A stretch of DNA of 32,000 nucleotides. Origin: Candidatus Baldrarchaeota archaeon. Lineage in GTDB: Archaea > Asgardarchaeota > Baldrarchaeia > Baldrarchaeales > DXJG01. How positions within the stretch are numbered: the first letter of the stretch is position 1; every line of letters starts with the position of its first letter. The DNA is taken from positions 253,103-285,102 of the forward strand of contig DXJG01000002.1 of the NCBI GenBank assembly GCA_019056805.1. The letters are read 5' to 3'. This document shows positions 18,045 to 26,899 of the stretch, piece after piece. Under the pieces are notes generated by a model. The model was not told the DNA's origin, ran no database searches, and saw nothing but the letters and a program-made list of their open reading frames with translations. The position numbers and the translations under genes were made by a program.

Positions 18045-18148
18045 TTTCCATAAATTCATGGATAATATTTGTGGAAACAGAAATTTGTGTTAGAAGCTAA
18101 ATACCGAAAACTTCAGAATTATAAACATAATAAATACTTTGAAAATTA

Positions 18149-18490
18149 TTAACCTCCCGCTTTTGATACAGCTACTTTTCGAAATAAGCAGTCCTTGAAT
18201 TTTTCAATTAACTTAATGACAGTTTTTTGGTCATTAGAGCTTATTACTACTTCAACTTTCACTTTTGGTTGACCTTGAAAAATTTTTAAACCTTCTACGC
18301 CGATCACTCCTTCACTTAGCGATATTTTCATTGAAAAATCTTTTCTTGCAACGTTTAATATTACCTCTTTGTCTAAAGAATGAATATTAGTTACTGAAAT
18401 TTCTAATGAAAGAAGGCATTCTTTAATGAAGCGTAAAATCTCATGTAGCTTGAAAAGGTTATAAGTTTTGGAAAACGAAAGAGTTACCAT
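18149..18490 (-). CDS. Small hypothetical protein ending in -KAGG
   Basis: 113-aa ORF with a C-terminal diglycine (GCG GGA GGT TAA). Confidence 0.65.
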   Translation of the reverse strand: MVTLSFSKTYNLFKLHEILRFIKECLLSLEISVTNIHSLDKEVILNVARKDFSMKISLSEGVIGVEGLKIFQGQPKVKVEVVISSNDQKTVIKLIEKFKDCLFRKVAVSKAGG

Positions 18491-18686
18491 TAGTATACCC
18501 CCGAACCTCGGTGATCCTAACCTTTATGGGTAAACGTGAATGTTAAATCTATGTACTTTTTAGAATAAATTCCAAGTGAAATTTAGAGATTATCATAAAC
18601 TTTCGTTTATAGTTTATATGACATATTAGTGCATAATTTATAAGTTTGTTAGTTTTTGTTATTGTAGAATTGTTGGTGGGTTTATT

Positions 18687-20174
18687 TTGGGCGAATATCT
18701 AGAAAAAGTTGGCAGACTAGTTGGTAAGACTACCACTCATACAGTTACTGTAAAATTGTTCTCTGAGAGAGTTGGAAGAAATGATTATCTACAAATTGAA
18801 CATGAAGGACGTAATTTTCTTTTTATGATTAAAGAAATTTGGACTGAAAACTCTTCAACGATTGCTAGGTGTTCTGTTGTTGGTTCAATGCCTAAAACAC
18901 CATTCAAACCAGATAGCATAGTTTTCAAAGCCTCTCCAGACCTTATTAGAGATGTTTTAGGTTTAGATGTCCCCTATGAGAAGGGAGTATATCTCGGCAA
19001 ACTTAGAGGATTACCCTATAAGGTTTTTCTACCCATCAAGAGACTTGGACGAATTTTTATTACCGGCAAAACCGGCTCTGGCAAGTCCTATACCGTTGGT
19101 GTTCTAATCGAAGAGTTTCTAAAAAAGGGTGTTCCCGTTGTTATTATTGATCGTCATGGAGAATACTCCAGCCTAAAAATTCCAACTGAAAATGGATCCG
19201 AGGAATTTGATGTAGAGCCTAGAAGCTACGAAGATAGAATTATTGAATTTGCTGATTTAAATGTAAATCCTGGTGGTGATATTCCTGTCGAGGCTGTTTT
19301 GACCACAGATGCTAAGGATCTTGTTGTTTCTGGACAATGTACGATCATAAATCTTAGAGGCTTATCTACTGATATGCAACAACTTATAGGGGAAGAAATT
19401 CTTACAAAATTATATGAAGCATCTACCAGTGGCAGTATTCCACCTTTCTATTGCATTTTAGATGAGGCACATCTTTTTGCTGGCAAAGGGAAGTCCTCCA
19501 TACGGGAAGTTGTCAGGCTTTTCGCCCAAGAAGGTAGGAAATTTGGTGCCAACATAATTTTTCTAACACAAAAACCTCAACTTTTAGACACAACTATTCG
19601 AGCTCAAGCTGGCACATGGATTATCCATCAACTAACCGACTATACCGATATTTCTGTCACAGTTAGAAGCGCTGAGGGGCTAAATGAAGATTGGTCCGAA
19701 GATATTCAACGTTTAGAACCCGGTGAGGCCGTTATCGCAGGCGACGCTGTCCGAAGAGTTCCTCTAATCGTTAAGATTAGACCAAGAGAAACTAGACACG
19801 GAGCAATCGGTTTTAATCCCCTTGACTATGTTTCTCCCGAAACTCGGGAGGAATTGGAAAAAAGGAGGGAGAGACTAAGAGCACAATTTGCAATGCAAGT
19901 TCAAGAAGCCAAAGTTCGTTTAGAAGCCCTGAAAAGCGGCGTTGAAGTTCTCAGTGTTGCTGATGCAAAAAGAATTATCGTTAAGCTGGAGGAAGATTTA
20001 AAGAAGAAAATAGAAGAAGTTGAAGTTCTTAAATCCAGAGTCAAAGTATTGGAGAAAGAAAACATCGAACTTAAGAAAAAATATAGAAAGGCCGTAAAGA
20101 CGGCTGAAGAAGCAATTAAAGAAGCTAAGAAATATGAAAGAATAATTGAAAATCTGAAAAGAAAAATAATATAG
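18687..20174 (+). CDS. HerA/DUF87-family ATPase with C-terminal coiled coil
   Basis: HAS-barrel-like N-terminus, Walker A GKTGSGKS, IIDRHGEY, Walker B CILDEAH, EGRKFG, TQKP. Last ~100 aa are heptad-rich. Confidence 0.9.
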   Translation: MGEYLEKVGRLVGKTTTHTVTVKLFSERVGRNDYLQIEHEGRNFLFMIKEIWTENSSTIARCSVVGSMPKTPFKPDSIVFKASPDLIRDVLGLDVPYEKGVYLGKLRGLPYKVFLPIKRLGRIFITGKTGSGKSYTVGVLIEEFLKKGVPVVIIDRHGEYSSLKIPTENGSEEFDVEPRSYEDRIIEFADLNVNPGGDIPVEAVLTTDAKDLVVSGQCTIINLRGLSTDMQQLIGEEILTKLYEASTSGSIPPFYCILDEAHLFAGKGKSSIREVVRLFAQEGRKFGANIIFLTQKPQLLDTTIRAQAGTWIIHQLTDYTDISVTVRSAEGLNEDWSEDIQRLEPGEAVIAGDAVRRVPLIVKIRPRETRHGAIGFNPLDYVSPETREELEKRRERLRAQFAMQVQEAKVRLEALKSGVEVLSVADAKRIIVKLEEDLKKKIEEVEVLKSRVKVLEKENIELKKKYRKAVKTAEEAIKEAKKYERIIENLKRKII

Positions 20175-20196
20175 CTATATTATTGCTATTCGTCTT

Positions 20197-20664
20197 TCAT
20201 TTTTCCTTTTCCACTATTAATGTTAATCCCTTTAAGCCTACTATCTTTACCCTTGTCCTGGGAGGAATTTCGACACCATTACGTGTTATAGCGGTCCATT
20301 CCTCTCCCTCAGCATACACTATTCCTCTTGGTCCCAATTTTGTTTTTGTTGTTCCCGTTTTTCCTACTAATGCTTGTAGATCATGAATTTTCTTTAATTT
20401 ACGAACCTTAGTTGCCTTATAAATTATAAATGCCATTAAAGGGATTAATGTCGCGTCTAAAACAAATGTTATCGCTACTAATATTTGATGTATCTCTCTT
20501 GGAAAGGTTGGAGGGAACAATAAAATAATGAAAGACGTAATGATCATTAGAGTAGCGCCAACCGCTCCAAGACCACCATGACCTACTTTTGCCTCTAAAA
20601 GTATGAATATTACGCCTAAAATAAATAAAATTAGAGCCGCTATTTCTATCTGCATCTTTTCCAC
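20197..20664 (-). CDS. NfeD-like membrane protein (TM helices + OB fold)
   Basis: LLEAKVGHGGLG TM region, then LVGKTG...LGPRGIVYAEGEEWTA...VKIVGLKGLTLIV. Confidence 0.85.
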   Translation of the reverse strand: MEKMQIEIAALILFILGVIFILLEAKVGHGGLGAVGATLMIITSFIILLFPPTFPREIHQILVAITFVLDATLIPLMAFIIYKATKVRKLKKIHDLQALVGKTGTTKTKLGPRGIVYAEGEEWTAITRNGVEIPPRTRVKIVGLKGLTLIVEKEK

Positions 20665-21687
20665 CTACTTTTGCGCGAGAACTACCAAATATGTACCAAG
20701 GCCATTAAACGGAGGAATCCACCTCACTCTATCTTCAATCTTTCCTAGGAGCGACTTTACCCCTTTTAATTCAGTTTGAGGATTATATCTAAACTCTGGT
20801 TTAAAAAATATTAAAATACTACCGATATGTACTTTTTCAAAGCCAGCTGTCTTCAATAATTGTTTAATTTCTTTAGGTGTGTAAAGGTGTGTCCACGCCC
20901 TGTACTTTCTTCTTCCAGCTTTATGTCTTAGATATGTTTGCTTACTTTTTAATGCTTTCTTTACCCACCTAGTTTTAAAAGTAACTATGCTGTAAAGCCA
21001 CCAAGTTAGCCTATATTGATTAAGCACAGAAATTACGGTTTTCCCCCCTTTCCTAAGAATTTCTCCAAGGCGATTAAATCCTTCCTTATAATTTGGTGCA
21101 TGATTAAATGCACCAAAAATTGAATAAGCCCTTTCAAAAACTTCCCTTTGAAAGGGTAGATAATCTGCTGATGCTTGAATAAACTCTATGTTATCTTGTA
21201 ATTCCAAATTGTATACTCTTCGCCTTAAGATTTCCAGCATTTTCCTTGATATATCAACTGCATACACTTTACAATTCATCGAAGCTAATAATATAGTTTG
21301 TCTTCCAGTTCCACAACCTATATCCACAACAACACCCTTTGGCTTAGTCGATAATATTACTCTATCCTCCACCCTCCTCATGTAATAAAGTTCCGGATTA
21401 TGATAATTTAAGTCGTGCACCGATGTATAATGATCATAATATTTCTCTACTCGGGTATATTCGTTTCCCATTAATGTTTTTTCAATATTTAACGGTTTTA
21501 AATTGGGAATCCCCTTAATTATAGGATAACTGTTTCTACATTTTTTACAGATAAGTGTTCCAATCCATATATGCTCCTTTTTCCACTTTCTTACATCTAA
21601 TTTTAATTCACTTCTACAAAGCGGACATACGATAATAGACAATGTCTGTTCCAGCAAGATTTTCACCGCTAAAACAAGTGAGCTCAT
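20665..21687 (-). CDS. Trm112-like Zn-ribbon fused to class I SAM-dependent methyltransferase
   Basis: IVCPLCRSEL...GTLICKKCRNSYPIIKGIPNL (Trm112 pattern), then VVDIGCGTG, AVDIS, ASADYLPF. Confidence 0.85.
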   Translation of the reverse strand: MSSLVLAVKILLEQTLSIIVCPLCRSELKLDVRKWKKEHIWIGTLICKKCRNSYPIIKGIPNLKPLNIEKTLMGNEYTRVEKYYDHYTSVHDLNYHNPELYYMRRVEDRVILSTKPKGVVVDIGCGTGRQTILLASMNCKVYAVDISRKMLEILRRRVYNLELQDNIEFIQASADYLPFQREVFERAYSIFGAFNHAPNYKEGFNRLGEILRKGGKTVISVLNQYRLTWWLYSIVTFKTRWVKKALKSKQTYLRHKAGRRKYRAWTHLYTPKEIKQLLKTAGFEKVHIGSILIFFKPEFRYNPQTELKGVKSLLGKIEDRVRWIPPFNGLGTYLVVLAQK

Positions 21688-21798
21688 ATATCTTAATTTA
21701 CTTAAGTTTATGTTTTACCAAGATTAAGATTTGTCAACATTTATTAAATTCGCTGGAATGTATAACTCTAGCCTCTATAATAGGGGAGTGGATGTTCA

Positions 21799-22533
21799 TT
21801 GAAGTTAGTATTTTTAGGAACCTCAGGCAGTTTTCCTTCTAAAAATAGAATGTGCCCAGCAATCCTAGTGGAAGACAACTTTTTAATTGATTGCGGAGAA
21901 GGAGCACTTCATAGACTTCTCAACTTAAACATAGATTTAAACACTATAGAAGAAATATTCATTTCTCATAGCCATGCAGACCATATTTCGAGTCTGCCAA
22001 TGCTTTTATGGACTATGTGGCTTCAAGGCAGAAAATCCAAGCTAACGATATATGGACCTCCAAATATTCAAGAGATTGTTGAATCGATGCTTAAACTTAT
22101 GGGAACAAGCCCTGAAAAATTTCACTTTACAATCCAATATAGAAAATTTAATACTGCTGAAAACTTAGGAGAATTTGAAATATTTCCAGTTGCACACAGT
22201 ATTCCTACATTTGCGATCAAAATGGATGATAAGTTTGTTTATACAAGTGACACCGCCCCATGTGAACCGCTTACAGAGTTTGCAAAAAACTGCAGATTGC
22301 TAATACATGAAACAACGTTCCCAGATGAAATGAAACAAGAAGCACATATACATAACCATTCTTCTCCCTCAGATGCTGCCATGATAGCCTCAAAAGCTAA
22401 TGTAGAAATATTATCACTATATCATATACCACCACCCTTCCAAAGTTTAGAAGAAAGATTCATTACACAAGCCAAAAAATTGTTTAAAGGACAAATCTTT
22501 GTAGCTAGAGATCTAGAAATTCTTAAAATTTAA
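21799..22533 (+). CDS. rnz: Ribonuclease Z / metallo-beta-lactamase
   Basis: LGTSGS, LIDCGEG, SHSHADH, AHSIP, YTSDT, LIHETT, HSSP, LYH. TTG start. Confidence 0.8.
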   Translation: MKLVFLGTSGSFPSKNRMCPAILVEDNFLIDCGEGALHRLLNLNIDLNTIEEIFISHSHADHISSLPMLLWTMWLQGRKSKLTIYGPPNIQEIVESMLKLMGTSPEKFHFTIQYRKFNTAENLGEFEIFPVAHSIPTFAIKMDDKFVYTSDTAPCEPLTEFAKNCRLLIHETTFPDEMKQEAHIHNHSSPSDAAMIASKANVEILSLYHIPPPFQSLEERFITQAKKLFKGQIFVARDLEILKI

Positions 22534-22937
22534 ATTAACTTAGCATCTTCCAACATTTTCTTATGATCAAATGCGAGTTTCAGATTTTTTACTTCCTTAA
22601 GTGAAAATATCGAGACATTTGCTGCGTCAGTTGCAGCTCTTAAAGTTCCACCCGTTTTGCGACATAAAAAACATATCGAAATAAAATGACCCCTGGGGTC
22701 GCGTTTAGGATTAGAATATACATTTACAAGTTTTTCTATCTCTATCTCTAATCCTGTTTCCTCACGTACTTCCCTTTTAACAGCTTCTTCAACAGTTTCT
22801 CCGTATTCAACAATACCTCCAGGTAGGGCCCACCAATCTTTATATGGAGGATTTTTACGCTTAACTAAAACTATTTTATTATCATTTACCTTTATTATTG
22901 CATCCACAGTTAATGTCGGTTTTTTCATCAAAAACAC
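22530..22937 (-). CDS. Nudix hydrolase (ADP-ribose pyrophosphatase-like)
   Basis: Nudix box GGIVEYGETVEEAVKREVREETGL, RDPR, LAFDH. Confidence 0.93.
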   Translation of the reverse strand: MFLMKKPTLTVDAIIKVNDNKIVLVKRKNPPYKDWWALPGGIVEYGETVEEAVKREVREETGLEIEIEKLVNVYSNPKRDPRGHFISICFLCRKTGGTLRAATDAANVSIFSLKEVKNLKLAFDHKKMLEDAKLI

Positions 22938-22939
22938 CT

Positions 22940-23707
22940 CTAAAACTCAATACTGAACAACCTTTTCGCATTTTTCGTTGTTATTTCTGCAATTTTTTCT
23001 ACACTAATCTTTTTTATCTCTGCAACCTTCTCTGCTACTACCCTAACATGACTAGGACTAGCCAATATGCCTCTAAATTCGTAGGGGCTATCTGATTCTA
23101 AAACTATTTTATTTAGAGGTGTCTGTCTAACAATTCCTACAACTCTGTTTGAATATGTAACAGAAAGGTTTATGGAAATATAATAGCCACTACTCAAAAT
23201 ATCTTGGAGAACAATGAAAGAGCCGGTATACCAGTGAAACACCGCCTTTTCAACACCATATTTATTTAACATATTTATAACTTCTTTTTCAGCACCGACT
23301 GTATGAATATTAAGAGCTAAACTATACTCAGCACCCATTTTTACAAAAAGTTCAAAAACTTCTTTCTGTCTTTGCCACTTATCTACTCCCTTTATAAAAC
23401 GGTAGTCTAAACCTATTTCTCCTATACCAGCCAAAAAATCAACATTACTCTCAATTAGCTTTAATATTTTCTTTATTTCCTCCATACTAGTTTTCCAGCT
23501 TTCCCAAGGATGAACACCAACACAAGGAACCAAAAAATCATTCTCTCTAGAAGCGTTCAAAATTTTTCTACTGCTTTCAAAATCCATCCCTACTCCAACA
23601 ATGCGGACTATGCCGTTTTTCAACGCTTCCTGTACAACCTGTTGATCAATTTTTTCATCTATATAATCATCAAAGTGACAATGACAATCAATCAATTTTA
23701 TTGACAC
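22940..23707 (-). CDS. tatD: TatD-family deoxyribonuclease
   Basis: IDCHCH, GVHPW, GIGEIGLDY, NIH, FHWY, LESDSPY. Confidence 0.92.
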   Translation of the reverse strand: MSIKLIDCHCHFDDYIDEKIDQQVVQEALKNGIVRIVGVGMDFESSRKILNASRENDFLVPCVGVHPWESWKTSMEEIKKILKLIESNVDFLAGIGEIGLDYRFIKGVDKWQRQKEVFELFVKMGAEYSLALNIHTVGAEKEVINMLNKYGVEKAVFHWYTGSFIVLQDILSSGYYISINLSVTYSNRVVGIVRQTPLNKIVLESDSPYEFRGILASPSHVRVVAEKVAEIKKISVEKIAEITTKNAKRLFSIEF

Positions 23708-23749
23708 GAGTAAATCACCGTTAAAACCTACTCAGGAAATTAATATTAT

Positions 23750-24706
23750 TTATCTAAGCTTTTCTCCACAAGTTGGACATGCAAATCGAACCATTAACCA
23801 CGTATCTAAGTGTTCCTTGTGAAATACAGTTTTACAATGTGGACATTGCGATGTTTTTTCTCCTGCTTGAACCACTATGTCACATATTGGGCATATCGGG
23901 ATTTTATTATTACAATTCGGGCATAATTCTATATTTTTAGGTATTTCAGCTCTACAGTAGTAACATAATATAGTTTCAATTTCCTTTTCAGAAGGAGCAA
24001 TGACCCTAGTTAGTGGAAGCACCAAACCAAGAAATACTGCTAAACCAGTACCCAGTGAAGCAAGGGCCGATGGATAGTGAATTGTTCTAAGGTAAATATA
24101 TCCAAATCCGCCCATAACAGCAGTCAAAGATCCAAGAACTAACATGAGCTTCCTATTCCATGAAGCTGCTGTTTCCCCTAAAATAATAGTAAAGATTCCG
24201 ACTGGAAGAGTAGCGATTCCGTAATACAAGTCTAATGGAAATTTCCACCATAGATAGCAAATAATTCGATAAACTGCCCATGTTGTGAAAAGTGTAGCAG
24301 AGAAAAGAATTACAATTGAGAAGTATTCCTTCTGGAAAAGTCTTTCAAATAGGATCAAGAACCCAAGTATTGTCGGCAAAATTACAGATGGAATATGAGG
24401 AATATAAAGAGAAGACATTATACCCAAAGACATTAGAAGTATTGAGACCGGATAAGTTGCGAGAACAAGCAGTTTTTCATTGTTTACTATAGATACAATA
24501 AGAAAAATGTCACCAATAATGACCATGGTGTAACCATAAAATAAATCTGGTTGAGAATTCCATATATAGTGGCAATAAAGTCTCCAAATACCCCACAGAA
24601 TTATCAAGATGCTTAATACTATTTTGAAGTACTTAGGATTTTTAACAATGTTATAATATTCTTTAGAATTATTTTTCGCCAACTCCTCCACCAAATTAGC
24701 TATCAC
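23750..24706 (-). CDS. Multi-pass membrane protein with C-terminal zinc ribbon and RING-like domain (putative E3 ligase)
   Basis: About 8 hydrophobic segments, then CYYC-x10-CPNC, then CPIC-x12-CPHC-x4-H-x2-H-LDTW-x6-CPTC. Confidence 0.8.
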   Translation of the reverse strand: MIANLVEELAKNNSKEYYNIVKNPKYFKIVLSILIILWGIWRLYCHYIWNSQPDLFYGYTMVIIGDIFLIVSIVNNEKLLVLATYPVSILLMSLGIMSSLYIPHIPSVILPTILGFLILFERLFQKEYFSIVILFSATLFTTWAVYRIICYLWWKFPLDLYYGIATLPVGIFTIILGETAASWNRKLMLVLGSLTAVMGGFGYIYLRTIHYPSALASLGTGLAVFLGLVLPLTRVIAPSEKEIETILCYYCRAEIPKNIELCPNCNNKIPICPICDIVVQAGEKTSQCPHCKTVFHKEHLDTWLMVRFACPTCGEKLR

Positions 24707-24802
24707 TAATCAACTACTCAGGATATTAAATTTGAAGTTTAAAATATAAGAGTAATGTATATAGGGTGTTATCTAGATTACAACAAATTTTAGGGTGTTT
24801 GA

Positions 24803-25519
24803 ATGGTTTATGATCCCTTAGAAAAATTAAATGAAATCCGAAAAATTGTTTGCAACGGAAGTAAAAGAAAATACTATAGGTTTAGAATCAGCAAGCAATA
24901 TGCAGGAGATGTTACTGCTGACTGTGTAGGTTGCTTTTTAAACTGCGCCTTTTGCTGGTCTTCTAGAGTAAACAGTAGACCAGCTGAAATAGGTAAATTT
25001 TACTCCGCTGAAAAGGTATTTAAAAAAGTCGTGGAAACAGCCAGACGGAAAAAACTTCATAGAGTTAGATTTTCAGGCGGCGAACCTACGTTATGTATAG
25101 ATCACTTTATTAAAATTGTTGAGCTTTTTGGCGAAAAAGCCCAAGATCTTACTTGCATTATTGAGACTAATGGAATCTTGATCGCTAAGTTTCCAAAACT
25201 GGCAAAACTTTTAGCCAGTTACCCTAACATGGAAGTTAGAGTATCCATTAAGGGATTTGATGAAAAATCCTTTGAAAATATCACAGGAGCAGATGGAAAG
25301 TACTTTTGGTGGCAAATCGAAGCTATCAAAACCTTACTAAAATATGGTGCCTACGCCTACTGTGCAACTATGTGGGAAACAGCGGGACCCAAGGGAGTTG
25401 AGAAACTTATGAGGACTTTATTAAAGCACGGTGTTGCTGGTCTTGAACTTGAATGCCTGTATCGATACGATTTTGTAATGAAGAGAATAAAAGAAAGAGA
25501 AATAAAATTATATGAATAA
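24803..25519 (+). CDS. Radical SAM protein (archaeal MoaA-like Fe-S oxidoreductase)
   Basis: CFLNCAFC (CxxxCxxC), FSGGEPT, IETNG, VRVSIKG. Confidence 0.9.
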   Translation: MVYDPLEKLNEIRKIVCNGSKRKYYRFRISKQYAGDVTADCVGCFLNCAFCWSSRVNSRPAEIGKFYSAEKVFKKVVETARRKKLHRVRFSGGEPTLCIDHFIKIVELFGEKAQDLTCIIETNGILIAKFPKLAKLLASYPNMEVRVSIKGFDEKSFENITGADGKYFWWQIEAIKTLLKYGAYAYCATMWETAGPKGVEKLMRTLLKHGVAGLELECLYRYDFVMKRIKEREIKLYE

Positions 25520-25594
25520 GCTTAAGTTTGTAAAGACGTATAAGGCAATGTCTTTTCAAGAGCTAAATTCTATTTATGTGAATGAGGTGAAGTA

Positions 25595-26770
25595 ATGGAC
25601 CAAAAAATTTTAGATAAAGCCATTAAAACTGTTGATAAAGATAATATTATCTCTATATTGGAAAAATTAGTAAGCATTCCAAGTATAACTGGAATGGAAA
25701 GAGAAATAGGAGAATACATTTTCGAAACGCTAAGCGAATGGGGAATTTCTGTTCAAAAAACTTGGATAGACAAAAAACGATTTAACGTAATTGCTCGTAT
25801 TGGAACTAAAAGCGATAACCCTTCACTTATGTTTAATGGACATATGGATACTGTTTATCCTGAAATAGACAAAGAATCTTTTAATCCTAAAATTATTGAT
25901 GGTAAACTTTACGGATGTGGATCCGTTGATATGAAAGCCGGTCTTTCTGCTATGATGGAAACAGCCAGAATTTTAACTATGTTTGAAAACTACATGGATA
26001 GAGAAACTATTTTTTCCTTTGTAGTCGATGAAGAAAAAGACGGAAAAGGCACGTTGCACTTGGTGGAGTCCGGTATTCGTTCCGATTGGGCTATTGTTGC
26101 CGAACCAACAAATATGAAAATTAGTCCTTGGCAAATAGGCTATCTCGATATTGCTATCACCATCTATGGCAAATCTGTTCATGGATGTTTCCCCAGTAGG
26201 GGAATGAATGCAATATATGGCGCCATAAAGTTTTTAGAAAAGTTTGCTGATTCCGATCTATTTAAGGTTGAAGACAAAGTTTTTGGAAAAGCATCATTTA
26301 ATGTTAATAAAATATTTGGAGGAACAGGGCAACTAATCGTTCCACATGAATGTAGAGTCGAAATAAACATTAACCTTCTCCCAAGTCAAACTGAGGATGT
26401 CGTCGAATCCGAGATAACAAAAATTTTGGAAAATCTCAAAGAAAATGGGGACATCCTTGATTTCAAGATTAGTATGTCGGATTATGGGGCTACTGTAAAA
26501 TTACGCGGCGATGAACTAATCATACGTGCTATTTGTGATGCGTATCAGGAAATTTTAGGTAGCAATCCAGAGTTACGTGTTATGAGATCTTGGACAGATG
26601 CAGAGACTCTAGTAACTAAAGCTAAAATACCAACTATAGTTTTTGGACCGGGGGACATAGTAATTGCGCATACACCAGAAGAACATGTAGTAATTGGAGA
26701 TGTTTTTGACGCAACAAAAATATATTTAGTAACAGCGTTAAAATTATCTTCCTCTAGCAACAATTTATGA
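25595..26770 (+). CDS. M20-family metallopeptidase/deacylase (ArgE/DapE-like)
   Basis: FNGHMDTV, YGCGSVDMKAG, VDEE, AEPT, HG, FGPG...AHTPEE. Confidence 0.92.
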   Translation: MDQKILDKAIKTVDKDNIISILEKLVSIPSITGMEREIGEYIFETLSEWGISVQKTWIDKKRFNVIARIGTKSDNPSLMFNGHMDTVYPEIDKESFNPKIIDGKLYGCGSVDMKAGLSAMMETARILTMFENYMDRETIFSFVVDEEKDGKGTLHLVESGIRSDWAIVAEPTNMKISPWQIGYLDIAITIYGKSVHGCFPSRGMNAIYGAIKFLEKFADSDLFKVEDKVFGKASFNVNKIFGGTGQLIVPHECRVEININLLPSQTEDVVESEITKILENLKENGDILDFKISMSDYGATVKLRGDELIIRAICDAYQEILGSNPELRVMRSWTDAETLVTKAKIPTIVFGPGDIVIAHTPEEHVVIGDVFDATKIYLVTALKLSSSSNNL

Positions 26771-26899
26771 AGAAATCTATATATGTCATATTATTAATTA
26801 CCTTGTACCCACAAACTGGCAGTTTCCTATCAAATAAATTTACATTAACTAGGTTAGACATAAATTAACCATCTGTATAAAAGGGCGGAGAGGTTTAAT

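Noticed and set aside
20197-20664. NfeD-stomatin (SPFH) module
   Set aside because: No SPFH gene is adjacent; only the NfeD-like gene is supported.
4211-24706. A single ubiquitin-proteasome gene cluster (psmA x2, GG-tail protein, RING protein)
   Set aside because: The genes are spread over 20 kb among unrelated housekeeping genes on both strands, and no E1, E2 or JAB gene is present. Co-location may be chance.
6557-26770. LysW-dependent lysine/arginine pathway (RimK-like LysX plus M20 LysK)
   Set aside because: The two genes are 18 kb apart and lysW, lysY, lysZ and lysJ are absent from the window.
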